A DNA stretch of 64,000 bases from Asterionella formosa (lineage: Eukaryota). The position numbers and the translations under genes are program-made. Of this stretch, positions 24,353-36,299 are shown one piece after another; positions within the stretch are counted from its first letter, which is position 1, and every line of letters begins with the position of its first letter. Location: positions 1 to 64,000 of the forward strand of contig NKIB01010603.1 of assembly GCA_002256025.1 (NCBI GenBank). Direction: 5' to 3'. Under the pieces are notes generated by a model, which had not been told where the DNA came from, did no database searches, and saw only the letters and a list, made by a program, of their open reading frames with translations.

Positions 24353-24572
24353 TAAACTGATTTCGCTCCAGACCGTTCATGATGGTAAATGATCCACATG
24401 GTTAAAGGTGAATTGCCAGAGTCAGTTTTCAGGCAAAGAACAAAAACGAGGTGAATACTATGTATATATCATAATCAAATCTGTTGAGTATATTAAATGG
24501 CTTCCTTAAGTAGACCACCTGCCAATTTCGGAAATCCCGGGGCTGGAAAACTGAGGGGCAATTGGCACAAAT

Positions 24573-25370
24573 AGTATTGCCGAAATGGGAACATGGGAAA
24601 TAGTATTCAAAATATATTTTACGTGATGGGCAATATCGGACACATTGCAAATTTCGATGTGATCATAGGAAATATACGAAATATATGTTATATGATTGGC
24701 TATGTAGCAAGCTAAAATTGACATTTGCACTTAATGAGTGGGCAGTAGGTAAGCAAATGGAGCGACGATAGATAGTTTGTGAATTGCCTCAGCAATACCC
24801 TTGTCGGTGGCTACAGGACTTCTCGTACACATGTGTACGCGCAGGGATGAGACCACCTCGGGCGTGTACCTGGTACTGCCTTCAGCAACTTTTCCGTTTT
24901 TATTACACACACCACGTACGCCGGACAGTTTTGTGGGGTGCGCGACTTCCGCGAAAGTGTTCCTCGCGAACAGTATTGCCGAAATGGGAACATGGGAAAT
25001 AGTATTCAAAATATATTTTACGTGATGGGCAATATCGGACACATTGCAAATTTCGATGTGATCATAGGAAATATACGAAATATATGTTATATGATTGGCT
25101 ATGTAGCAAGCTAAAATTGACATTTGCACTCAATGAGTGGGCAGTAGGTAAGCAAATGGAGCGACGATAGATAGTTTGTGAATTGCCTCAGCAATACCCT
25201 TGTCGGTGGCTACAGGACTTCTCGTACACATGTGTACGCGCAGGGATGAGACCACCTCGGGCGTGTACCTGGTACTGCCTTCAGCAACTTTTCCGTTTTG
25301 ATTACACACACCACGTACGCCGGACAGTTTTGTGGGGTGCGCGACTTCCGCGAAAGTGTTCCTCGCGAAC
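24573..25370. repeat. Near-identical 399-bp tandem duplication (24573-24971, 24972-25370)
   Basis: Direct comparison by eye found only about two substitutions (ttaatgag/tcaatgag; ttttattac/tttgattac). Confidence 0.95.
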
Positions 25371-26468
25371 AACTGGTATACCCGGTACATGTGCAGTTTC
25401 CCGGTATTCTTCGGAATATTAACCAGTACCGGTATCAGTATACCAGAATAGAGATCGATGACAAATAAGTAACGGAAATAATAACTGGCCGTACTCCCTT
25501 CTAATTCTCCCAGTTGACGTTCCATAATACAAATTACCTGTTACCTGGTACCTGGTACCGGTAAACTGATGGGCTGATATGTTGTTGAACTGTTATACTC
25601 ATAACGGTAGCCATGAAACTCAAGTCGTGTTTGTACACGTCCGTCGTGTGATCCATGGGAATTCGGTATTGGTGGCTGCTGCAGCTAGACTTACTGGTAA
25701 TCTATTTGTAACATGCCTTCATAAGTGTATGTACTTTTCAGCTATTATGCATAGAATATTGTTTTCCATGACGACAGGTGGCGGCGACATTAGGATGAAC
25801 GGTCATTATAGAATCTACCATGGTAATGCATACCAGTAGTTTGCCGATATCTGGATAAAAAATTGCTGTACCAGTACTACCGCTACCGTAGGCTTGATGA
25901 ACAGAAGGAACCAGCTGGGCTGTATTATACATTCTCAAAATTCTCACATTTCTATCATACTCGGAGTCGTACCAGGGCACAAATTCAAGTGTCACAGTGT
26001 ATCTTCTAACGGCACCCTTATCCTTGGACCATGTACCAAGGCTCATGCTTCGGCGTTCATAGGCAGTGGTCTTGCTGGAAATTACATGCTGGTACATTTT
26101 TCAGTAAATTGTACTGTACCAGCGGATGATTGCGTCGACAAAAGGCAAATCAGAATGACTCTACCGGTATTTGCCTACATACGTATTAATTGTCCATACG
26201 TATGGGTGCTTCTCATTTACCGGTAGGTAGGCAGTATACATAGGAGAGTGACAGATCAAAAATGGTACAATCGGCATTCGCTACACTGCAGATTCAATGC
26301 TTTTACCACAAGGAAAAATGCATTTTTCTGCATGTCTACTTTTCATTGTATTTCCAATAAAAACAGAGAGAGCAAACGTGTGGAAACACAAGGAAGGTCC
26401 TCACCGCCACCGTCTGTTCACAACGAAAGCAACAGAGGACGAGCAGCTGGACAGAGAACCAATTCATC

Positions 26469-28181
26469 ATGTTCAATCTGTTGAAGAAAACCGCGAAAAA
26501 ATCTCTTGGAAAAATCTGTCAGAAAAACGGATCAAGGGCTGACAATTCAGGCACAGCCGCTTCTACTACAAATGATGCAACCATCGCTGCTGACCCAGTC
26601 CAGTCCGGACTCAAGGAGAAAGCAATCCCATACAGGCAATACGCAGAACCCATCTATCAACCTCTAGAGTTCGATATTCTGTTGGGACGTGGCAAAACAT
26701 CCTTCAACAACAAGGGCAATCGCAGCTTTCGCGTGTTTGTCGGACTACACTTGCGGAGCTACATGGAGGCCAACTCACGCTTGGAAAAGACCAAGGTGGT
26801 GAACTTTGTCTGCCAGGAGATCATCGACTCCGGCGGCCGCTTCTTGAAGAACAAGGACAACGATCCTGATGTTTGGATTCAAGTTTCTCAAAAGGTGGCC
26901 AGGGAAAAGGTAGGACACGCCCTTCGTGACGCAGTCACCATGCGATTGAAATTGATCAACAAACAGGAAAATACAAATAACAGAAGACGTCGAGCATCAG
27001 ACATTGACATGGAGACACAAAGAAGCGCGTCTATTACGGAAATTGAACGACAGCAATTGGTGTCTCCGCGTCCAAATTTGGACCGCAACACCAGGTCCTG
27101 CGGGGACTTGCCGCTAACAAGGAAACCTTCCGACAAGAGGCTTCTTCCAGAAATGTCCAGAATCGAGGATTATAGATTGTATCAACCCGTCCGACTTCAA
27201 GCTCCTGTCGGGAGACAATCTTGCCGTGGCAATGATGACGTCACCACAAACTCTGTTTCCACGGGAGAGACCTGCAAACAAAGTAACCTATTAGAACATG
27301 CAGCCCCTCTGTCCCTTCCAGCAATACCCTCGGATTCGAGCAAAAATAAAACTATTCTTGTAGCAGAGGGATCGGGGGAACTCAGTATAATGAGTGAAGT
27401 GTCGAAAGCGTGGGAATGCACCAAAACCGTGCACAGTTTAGATTTTTCAGTGGACAGCGGAATCTTTGATGACTCAGGCCACAATGATAAGCTTCCAAGT
27501 TCCCTGGCGATTATCATCAATATGGCCTTGAAGGACTTGAATTTTAACGATCAACAGCAACAGTCTGGGGACACGAATCAAAGTACCGGCAGACGAACTG
27601 GTATACCCGATGTGGTACCGTTGGGGGTAGTGGACCGCCGCAAATCGTCAAGTGACGAAGTTTCAGATGAATTTTCTGTCATGAGCATTGATACTACCAG
27701 TAGGATCAGTAGGAAGGCAGCGCCAGATCTTCTTGGAGAATTCTCAGTGACAAGTGGATGGGACGATGATGACAATGACGAATCTATGGAGTCCAACAAG
27801 AAAGGCCGTGCTGCTGTCATTGAAGATGGCTCGAGCGCGGCACTACGATTACATTACCCGAACGGTGATGAAGAATGTGATGTATTGTTCCAAAATCAAG
27901 AGCTAGACCTATGTCATCGCACTTTGTTTCTAGATCGAAGTGACTCAAAAAAATCCATGAATTCACCAATGAACTCATCGCACGACTGGAGCAGTCGGGA
28001 ATTGGATGTTTCAGCTGAAGATTTGGGAATTGAAATGTCAGAGGAGCCCGCCTTGACTGTGCCCACTATTCGATTTCGATTCTCGGAAGTGGATCAACAA
28101 AACAATGAGGTGGAAAGTTCGCAAGAGCTCAGTGTGGCATCGAAAGGTTCAACCCTGTCGGCCATCTCGACTGAGTGCTGA
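26469..28181 (+). CDS. DUF6824-domain protein (diatom-expanded family) with a long disordered C-terminus
   Basis: FDILLGRG...NKGNRSFR...GGRFLK...WIQVSQKVAREKVGHALRD. Confidence 0.85.
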   Translation: MFNLLKKTAKKSLGKICQKNGSRADNSGTAASTTNDATIAADPVQSGLKEKAIPYRQYAEPIYQPLEFDILLGRGKTSFNNKGNRSFRVFVGLHLRSYMEANSRLEKTKVVNFVCQEIIDSGGRFLKNKDNDPDVWIQVSQKVAREKVGHALRDAVTMRLKLINKQENTNNRRRRASDIDMETQRSASITEIERQQLVSPRPNLDRNTRSCGDLPLTRKPSDKRLLPEMSRIEDYRLYQPVRLQAPVGRQSCRGNDDVTTNSVSTGETCKQSNLLEHAAPLSLPAIPSDSSKNKTILVAEGSGELSIMSEVSKAWECTKTVHSLDFSVDSGIFDDSGHNDKLPSSLAIIINMALKDLNFNDQQQQSGDTNQSTGRRTGIPDVVPLGVVDRRKSSSDEVSDEFSVMSIDTTSRISRKAAPDLLGEFSVTSGWDDDDNDESMESNKKGRAAVIEDGSSAALRLHYPNGDEECDVLFQNQELDLCHRTLFLDRSDSKKSMNSPMNSSHDWSSRELDVSAEDLGIEMSEEPALTVPTIRFRFSEVDQQNNEVESSQELSVASKGSTLSAISTEC

Positions 28182-28426
28182 AATGGGTTCGGATGGGTTG
28201 GAACAACGGAACGACTTTTTCTAGCTGTAGAACTATACTTGTAAACTATTTGATGTGAACAATCAGCGCCTTGTGCAGGGCCCTGCTACTATAAACTATT
28301 CTTGATTTGTGTGAGAGAGTTTGAAACCAACACAATGAGTAGAATCGAAACAACAATGTTTGTATTTGAAAACCCAATCGCTACAGTATAGTTTTGCTTA
28401 TAGATTCCACCAATAGAGCGTGTGTT

Positions 28427-29008
28427 TTACAATCCAAGTTTCGTACGGCGCCAGTGACGTCTCTTGGCATTGTACTTGACAGTGTTATCCACCTTGAGCC
28501 GGACCCATTGAGGAAGCGGACGGTTCTGTTTCTGTGCCTTGGCAAGAGTGCGCTTTGTGCGGAATGACTTTTGGGAAGGCTGTGGAAGGGAAAGGAAATG
28601 AAATGTTTGAGTGAGGAGAGAATAGTGAAAATGGGATTGAGTATAATGAGATAATACTCAGGCAATAAAATCGTAACAGAATGGTATCTGGAAACACCAA
28701 TAGAACACGTCAATGAAATGTGCTGGGAGGAACATCATGAATGAATTGAATTTGAAGGCTCGCAATGACTCCTAGAAACATATCCCCATTCTTGTCGTCG
28801 TAGCTACACCGTTTAGAGGGACTCTCGTCGACCAGGTCGGACAACCCGCATCAGAAATGTCAAGCATGATGCTTAATGCCCGCATTGTGCAAATGAATTT
28901 CCTTTTCTCGATTCATTCTCTACACCCCATCCGTCCCTTACAAGCAGCTTCGAGATCAGCGTGAAAATGAAACAACGTCGGCAGGTAGATCCCAATGTCA
29001 CATACCAT
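28427..29008 (-). CDS. RPL39: 60S ribosomal protein L39 (eL39); exon 1 = ATG only (29008-29006), exon 2 = 28579-28427
   Basis: Manual translation: [51 protein letters not shown]. Donor ATG|GTATGT and acceptor pyrimidine tract TTCCACAG. Confidence 0.95.
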
Positions 29009-29409
29009 GGTGAACAATTCTATTCTATTGACGAAAAGTGTTGGCGCTGTTGTTGAGGGACGAGCTATTACCGTAGTTGTACAAACGTGGTATGATAATT
29101 TGTCCATAACCAAATGTAAGTAAGAGGTAAATAATCAGACAGATTTAGTCGAACTGATCGCAATACATGTCTGTACATCTGTACGTATGTACACATGCAA
29201 TAGCCAACCAAATGTGTATAAAATAGAATCAAAACCGATGCCATTATTTATGTGTGTAGACTGAAATCATTTCGTTTCAATTATCGATATACTTGATACT
29301 ATACTAAAAATTTTGTTGTAATATTCTGCAATTTAATATTTTGCGCTCAGATCTCAAGACCACAAGAATCAAATGGTATCATTATAGGCTCCACACTGTT
29401 CTAATCATC

Positions 29410-31797
29410 ATGACTTCCGGAACGACCGCACCACCACTACCACCATCCAGCAAACCCAATTTTGCAAAGTCCACTAGAGCTACAGTCTTTGTGCGATTCA
29501 ATCCTCCATCACAGAATCATGTCCATCGTCGACATTTGGAAGAATTATTCAGTGACATTGGACCCATAAAGAAATGCTCTGTCATTCAATCCGATGATGC
29601 CAACAGCAAGTCCTATGGATTCGTCAAGTTCCTGACGGACGAAGATGCACAACAAGCTGCCAAAGTTTGGAACAACAAAGTATTCAAAGTATTTGATAAA
29701 TCATTTACATTAAATGTACAAGTTGCAACAGAACAAACGAAAAAGAAGGAATATGGTAAAGTCACATCAACGCTTGCTCCCACACAAATATCACCAAACG
29801 CTGACGCCAACACGACAACACCGGAAGCTCCAGAAGAATTGCTTGCCAAACGAAAACGCACATGCCGTGTCATGGTTCGTAATTTATCCTTTTATGCCAA
29901 GGAACATCATGTCAAGGCTGCGTTGGAACAAGAATTTGGTCCTGTCTTGGAGGTTCAACTTCCTCGTGTCACGGATCAGACACATCGAGGATTTTGTTTT
30001 GTCACGTTTTTACATCCCAAGGATGCTCAAAAAAGTACAGAGGCTCGATCGACACCTCTTTTGATTTCGAAACGACCTGTAGCAATTGATTATGCCGTGC
30101 CCAAGAAAATGCATCAGATGCAGAAAGAACAGCAACACAAAGCAAAAGTGAAAAAGGAGGAAGAAAAGGGGACGGAAGAAAGCGAGGAAGTAGACAATGA
30201 TGAGGAGGAGAATGGTTCGGAGAAGGTCGTCGGTTTGGAGGTTGACGATGACGGTTCGAAGAACGACGACGACGAGAAGGAAGCCGAGGCGACCGAATCA
30301 GACAGTGACGAGGACGAGGAAGAACTTGACGACCCAGAAATCTCGGATCGCAAAGCACCTACAAACGATGAGGGGGTATCTCACCATCAAACCCTCTTTA
30401 TCAGAAATCTACCATTTGACACGACGCGTCACGACGTCTTTCAACTTATGCACAAGTTTGGTCATATTGAATCCATTTTCCTTGTCAAGGACAAGGAAAC
30501 CGGGGTGTTCAAGGGGACTTGCTTCTTGCAGTACAAGACAGCCGAAGCTGCCGCTCGTGCCCTGGAACATGCATCCTCGACCACCAACAACTTTGTCTCA
30601 CAAAAGGATGGTACGACTGATTCGACAGGCCTGCAATTAAATGGACGTAGACTGTACTGTGATTACGCAGTGGACAAATCGACAGCTTCAACACTGACAT
30701 TGGAACACCAAGAAAAGGTCACTGGCAAGGACCGTCGGAACATGTACCTCAAGACTGAAGGCCGTGTTGCGAATCTAGCGGATTTGCCTGGGAATACCGA
30801 TAATTCGGCGTGGGAATCCATTCCGGAATCGGATCAAATCAAGAGACAGCGAGCATTCATGGAAAAAAATACAAAGCTTCGTTCACCACTCTTTTTCATC
30901 AACCCGAAACGATTGAGTATTCGAAACTTGGCCAAGCACGTTGATGAAGCGGCATTGAAGAAGCTAGTTGTAGAAGCAACAGTGCGGGGGCTATCCAAGT
31001 CACTTGTGAATCAAGATGATCAAGTGGCACATTGGAGAGCAACTGGTGATATGACGACAAGAGATCTTTTGAAAAAGTTGGAAAATACCGAGCAGATCAT
31101 ACCGAAACTCAATGAGAAGAATATTAAGGAATCCATCCCATCTGTGTTTATTGATCGCGACTTTACAAGCAAGAAATCCGAACTGGGACAGTCTCGAGGA
31201 TTTGGTTTTGTCGACTTTACTCACCATATTCATGCTCTGGCCTGTTTACGAGAACTTAACAACAACTCCAAGTATTCAGTCGACTTTGTCGCCAGTGGGA
31301 AGAAAGGAAATGCCAAACAAAAGGAACTGGTAACCGGTGAAGCTGGCCGCAAGGCGCCTCGTCTCATTGTCGACTTCACTGTCGAGAACAGTGCCAAGGC
31401 GAAAAAGCAAGCAGAGAATCGTGCACAGCAACAAGCCAATAAGGAGCAGCAACGAGTTGACCAAAAGGTCAAGAAGGCTGAAAAGAAAACCGAGAAGAAA
31501 CTGTCGAGAGGTGCATTGCAAAGAGAAAAGAAGCGAAAGGCTCGCGATGAAGGTACAACTGTTAAGCCAGTGAAGGAAAGGAGTGGTCCAAAAGCGCATA
31601 TACAGGAGCCGGTAGTGAAGGCACCCAAAATCAAGAACGTGAAGCCACCCAAGAAGCGAAAGTTGGACAATGAGGAACAGACATTTGAACGTTTGGTTCA
31701 ATCGTATACTGAATCTTTTTCCAATAGCATCAAAAAGTCCGATGGCGAGTCAGCGGATACGAAGCCGAAAAAGGCAGAGAAACGGTGGTTCGAGTAG
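29410..31797 (+). CDS. RBM28: Nucleolar multi-RRM protein RBM28/Nop4
   Basis: Four RRMs (SYGFVKF, RGFCFVTF, LFIRNLPFD...KGTCFLQY, RLSIRNL...RGFGFVDF), an acidic linker, DRRNMYLKTEG and a C-terminal KRWFE. Confidence 0.92.
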   Translation: MTSGTTAPPLPPSSKPNFAKSTRATVFVRFNPPSQNHVHRRHLEELFSDIGPIKKCSVIQSDDANSKSYGFVKFLTDEDAQQAAKVWNNKVFKVFDKSFTLNVQVATEQTKKKEYGKVTSTLAPTQISPNADANTTTPEAPEELLAKRKRTCRVMVRNLSFYAKEHHVKAALEQEFGPVLEVQLPRVTDQTHRGFCFVTFLHPKDAQKSTEARSTPLLISKRPVAIDYAVPKKMHQMQKEQQHKAKVKKEEEKGTEESEEVDNDEEENGSEKVVGLEVDDDGSKNDDDEKEAEATESDSDEDEEELDDPEISDRKAPTNDEGVSHHQTLFIRNLPFDTTRHDVFQLMHKFGHIESIFLVKDKETGVFKGTCFLQYKTAEAAARALEHASSTTNNFVSQKDGTTDSTGLQLNGRRLYCDYAVDKSTASTLTLEHQEKVTGKDRRNMYLKTEGRVANLADLPGNTDNSAWESIPESDQIKRQRAFMEKNTKLRSPLFFINPKRLSIRNLAKHVDEAALKKLVVEATVRGLSKSLVNQDDQVAHWRATGDMTTRDLLKKLENTEQIIPKLNEKNIKESIPSVFIDRDFTSKKSELGQSRGFGFVDFTHHIHALACLRELNNNSKYSVDFVASGKKGNAKQKELVTGEAGRKAPRLIVDFTVENSAKAKKQAENRAQQQANKEQQRVDQKVKKAEKKTEKKLSRGALQREKKRKARDEGTTVKPVKERSGPKAHIQEPVVKAPKIKNVKPPKKRKLDNEEQTFERLVQSYTESFSNSIKKSDGESADTKPKKAEKRWFE

Positions 31798-31854
31798 ATG
31801 TAACCTACTATGTCCACAATCTTTACTAATGTATACTTACTTATGATGTTTACT

Positions 31855-33474
31855 CTATCTTGTATCGGATCCCCGATTGGGTCCTCCTGCCACGACAAGT
31901 CGATGAATCATCTCTTCCTTCTCCAGGCAGTCGGAAACATTCAATTGCCATTCTCTCGCAAGGGCACGAAGTTGTGATATTGTCAATGACGCTAATGGCA
32001 TCAATGCATTCAAGTAGTTAGCAACATGGGGTCGCTGGAAGGCGGCTTGGACCAATTTCTCCACCATATTGTGACGGCAGGTACAATAGGACAAGTCCAC
32101 GTGAACTTCAGTGGCCAAAGCTCTCAACCCCGAGACAGACCATTGCGCGAAATCAGTGGGTTGTATGACTGGTGATGCCCCCACAGCCACGAGTGTGTCA
32201 ATCATTTCACTTCGTTCTATACAATGGGAAAGGTCGATATTGGCCCGCCGGGCAAGACACTTGAGATCTGAAATACTCTTATTGATAAATACAGCATGTT
32301 GCAATTCTAAGCGTGACTCTCCTAGATCCATGTGATCCTGGGTTGGTACTTGTTCGCTATGGCGAAGGGATGCTTCTTGCAAATGTTCGTTCGTGACTTC
32401 GACAGTGTTCGTGGCTAATTCGCCATTAGACTCCTCCTGCGCTTCGTCATTCCATGGAATCTCAGTCTCGGAGGCTGCCTCGGTACTTGACGGCGCAAAT
32501 TGTTCAGTTCCTACCATGTTTTCACTAATGGACCCAAACATGGGAAACGCCGATTCACTATAACATCCTGGCTGTCGAAGCTGTTCTGTCTCACTTGCTA
32601 CTGTTTCAACAATGAGTTCTCCTCTTGATTGAGTACTACCACTATTTCCATGAAGCTGATGGTCCGATAGCCTACTGGTAGTCTCCACCGCAGCTGGCTT
32701 GATATCAACCTGATATCCATCCAACCCATAGCCTTCCTCCCACTGTCCTTGTTTCAGCAATATTCTTCCACTATTACAAAAAATCCTGACCATATCTTCC
32801 TTTTCTAAAACCTCCTTGACATCAAAGAATACTCCTGCATGTCTCATGCATGACTTGAGCTTGGATATGGACATGGCTCTCAACTCCTCCAAAGAATATT
32901 CCACAACAGGCTTGGGTAAAGCAATGATATCGATCTTTTCCGACTCTATCAATATTTCCATAAGTAGTTCCTTAGTAATAGTAGCATTCCCTGTACTTAT
33001 TGATATAGAACATTGTCGACACAAGTTTTGCAATTCCCCTTTTGACATTTTTTCAAATTGGTGAAATGGTATTCTTGGTTTGATGTGTTTCATCCGTTCC
33101 TTCCGTCCTCGTTCATACGCTTCATCCAGCGTTGGCAGTTCATATCTACAGACAGGACATGTGCAATGCCGTGACAACCAGTCATGAATACATTCTGGAT
33201 GAAACATATGGGCGCATGGCATGCGTATCACCTTTGTTCCAATCGTATGATCTTCTAGACAAATGCAACAATCATGATTGTCGTAATATAGAATATCGTC
33301 GGATGTGATTTGGACAAGTGGTAATTGACGTGTTGCCTTGGGGCATGCTGGAGGCGGTCCAGTAGTAGTAGCTGTAGCAGTATGCTGGTGAGCAAATGCT
33401 TGAGCTTGTTCGTATTGACGTTGAAAAGAATTTAGAGGATCCGCAGAAAATAGATTTTGAAAGAAAATGTCCAT
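31855..33474 (-). CDS. RING-H2 E3 ubiquitin ligase with repeated SAP-like helical modules
   Basis: CCICLE...MPCAHMFHPECIHDWLSRHCTCPVCRYELP, plus repeats of the type S(I/V)xxL(K/R)...C(L/I)E(K/R)xEM. Confidence 0.88.
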   Translation of the reverse strand: MDIFFQNLFSADPLNSFQRQYEQAQAFAHQHTATATTTGPPPACPKATRQLPLVQITSDDILYYDNHDCCICLEDHTIGTKVIRMPCAHMFHPECIHDWLSRHCTCPVCRYELPTLDEAYERGRKERMKHIKPRIPFHQFEKMSKGELQNLCRQCSISISTGNATITKELLMEILIESEKIDIIALPKPVVEYSLEELRAMSISKLKSCMRHAGVFFDVKEVLEKEDMVRIFCNSGRILLKQGQWEEGYGLDGYQVDIKPAAVETTSRLSDHQLHGNSGSTQSRGELIVETVASETEQLRQPGCYSESAFPMFGSISENMVGTEQFAPSSTEAASETEIPWNDEAQEESNGELATNTVEVTNEHLQEASLRHSEQVPTQDHMDLGESRLELQHAVFINKSISDLKCLARRANIDLSHCIERSEMIDTLVAVGASPVIQPTDFAQWSVSGLRALATEVHVDLSYCTCRHNMVEKLVQAAFQRPHVANYLNALMPLASLTISQLRALAREWQLNVSDCLEKEEMIHRLVVAGGPNRGSDTR

Positions 33475-36299
33475 GATGGAAGGAACAATGCCGTACAATA
33501 ACAGCTACTTCTTTCTCGTTAGTTCCTTTCTTCGTTCCTTAAGGTGTAGTAGTTGTTTGTTCACAACGACCACGAGCGGTGTGTGATCATTAATGCATCG
33601 ATGTATGGGCTGTCACGGATGGTTTATTAGTATTAATAGTAAGTTTCGTCAAGAACAGCGAAGGGAAAGAACTGGAATTCTGCAGGCAGTTTAGTATATC
33701 ATATATAGCATGCATACGAACCAACATGGTTTTGAGGTTCCAGCGCCCTGCTTGCATTCTTCGAACCACGACCCGTGACATACATACTTTACGTACCGGT
33801 TCTCCAGGTACACGATCAATACCGGTAGGTCCCAAAAAAAAACAAGGTTTTAAGGTTCCTCCGTTTCAACCCTAGATTAGAGGTAGGGTTTGAAATATAA
33901 TATCAAGTCAGAGTGGTCAAACAAACACTTCGTATAAGTAAATAATAAATGTATAGTGCATATATCGCTAAGCGGAGCTTTCACCAATATACACCTTTTC
34001 CATATGCTTCGATACAGTCTTCTGACACAGTAGGGGTATAGGTCAACGGTATATATTGTCAGGATATAGGATCTGTCGAGAAAGTGCAGAAAGGAACTTC
34101 GGTTTTTTCAATATGCTGAAAATAGGGGATTTTACCAGGCCAACTCGTTTATTTGGCCTCCCGGTAGTTAAAAAGACGAAGTTCGTTTCTACACTTTCAT
34201 TCCAAAAGTTAACTTCTAGGGCCATATGAAGATTACCTATGTACTTAACTCTTCTTCAAAACATGCCAACGTTGAGCTATCATTGTTGAAAAATTCGACA
34301 AATTTGGCCTTTTCAACTGTCACCAAAATGTTGGAATCAGTCATCATTGCAATAGTAGGAGTCTTGTGATTCAATTTTTCGTCCTACAATCTCCTGTCCA
34401 AAAAATCCATTGTAAGCGCACCACGCTTCACTATAAATATTTTGATTGGTCAAGTTCAATTACTTACTGGCATTGATTGGCCTGGTTTGCACAGTCTTGC
34501 AAAGCCACACTGGCCAGCACACTGGATGCACATATAACATTTTCTTGGGTGTTGGCTGGTACAATATCCACAGTAGGCAGCTAATCTTCAGTGATTGTAT
34601 ACATACCAGTAATAAAATGCATGTTGCCTGGTGGCTGCATTGAATGGACAGAGTTGGCTGCTTTTCCTTTGATAATTGTTGTGGCCACAATGATGGCAGA
34701 CGTTTGTTCCTTTTTTCTTGTTTCCTGATGTTTCCCGCTTAATGCAACACCAGAACCGTAAGTCTTACCTGATTTGTTGTCTTGACTTTCTTGTTTGACT
34801 GTTTCAAATCATGCTGCATGTATTTTTCGTCTTGTTTTGTTTTGTTTCCTCTTTCATTTGAATTGCGCTTTGTATGCTCCATCTCGTCACTACATCTCTT
34901 TTCCTTTTGTCCCCAGAAGGATTCCTGCAATGCTGACATCTGAATTCCACATTGCTTGTATACATCCCTTTTGTGTGTTTCCCAGCAACCAAGGCCACTC
35001 GATATTGAAGGCCTCCAGATCCTGCAAACACCTTCTTGTTTTCTGGACTTCGTCGTGACACTGTCTTGTTCACTGCCTCATTAATCTCTGTGTCAAAGGG
35101 ATGATGGAATGATAGCAGGAGCTTTTCGCCTTCGACTTTTGTTGTGGAGCAGATGATATGCGCGCACCTTTGGATAAGACTGTAGTGTTACTTATTTTAA
35201 ATATATAATAACGATTTTTATATCGCATTCTTACTATTCTAAGGAATTCTAGATTTGCCGTCGTTGCGCTCCATAGACCATATAAGCTGAGGTGGCAGAA
35301 AGAAGGTTTGGGTGGTAGTCACTTCCTGTTGTTGTGAAAGTAGTTTTAAAACATTGTGGTATCTTTTTCTTGGTTCATTTCTCTATGCCTGTACTTCTCA
35401 TGTCAGCCGGAGAATTGGATGAGTATGGATTGGTTTAAAGATTTCCATGGCTTCACATAATCCATTGACTCTATTTGGAGTATCCATAACAATTGGTGCT
35501 TCCAGAGCTTCCAACTCTTTGGTTCTTTCTCTTTGTCTTCATTGTCTATGTCATCAAAAAATTATTGCTTTGAGCAGCACATCCAGCTCTGGCGTACTTT
35601 CTTCATCAGTGACTACTTTATTCTCTGTCTGATTCTTCGCTCTTATTAATTTTTAGCACATTGCCATTCTTGTATTCTTCTCCTTGCACTGGTGTAATAG
35701 CGCTCACTGTTGTGAAAAAGGTGCTAAACTTCTTCTTTTCTCTTGTTTTTTTCTTAGCATGTTTCTACTTCTGTTTGTGTTGTGTTGGTACCCTTGCCAT
35801 GAATTCCTCAATTGCAGTGTTTGCGCCAAACGCCAAATCGACATGATCCATGCAATCGCCCTTCTTCACTGCTCCTGCATTCAGCTTTGTCCTTTTATTT
35901 TCCATCTCCTCCTCATTTCTCTTTCTGCATTCTATTTCTATCGGCTTTTGTTACTATCATACAGTTCTGTCCCACATGAATGATTTTTTATTTCTTTGCT
36001 TAGCTGGTCGCTTGGATATCGCCTTTTGTCATGGTGGTGAATCAGTCATTTGTAGGAATGATTAACTATCAGGACCCGGAGGTCCCTGTAGCTTGAATAC
36101 CACCAAATTCTGTGATCAGCGCTGTGGTACTGTGTTAGTCTTTTGTAAACTCGCCTTTATGGTACTTGGCACAAAAGTGTCGCTCATTTTGAAGAATGTA
36201 GTTATGGAATTTTAAATCTAAGGCCAATAACAATGACAAAGAACTATTGTTTAGCTATGGTGGTGCAATTTTGAATATTGTTATGTCTTAGGTGGCTGC

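Noticed and set aside
24731..25525. Pair of ~130-aa ORFs with shared sequence
   Set aside because: Explained by the 399-bp duplication; no protein motif.
28490..28600. Possible structured ncRNA (RNase P-like gggaagg)
   Set aside because: It is the antisense of RPL39 exon 2 and its splice acceptor.
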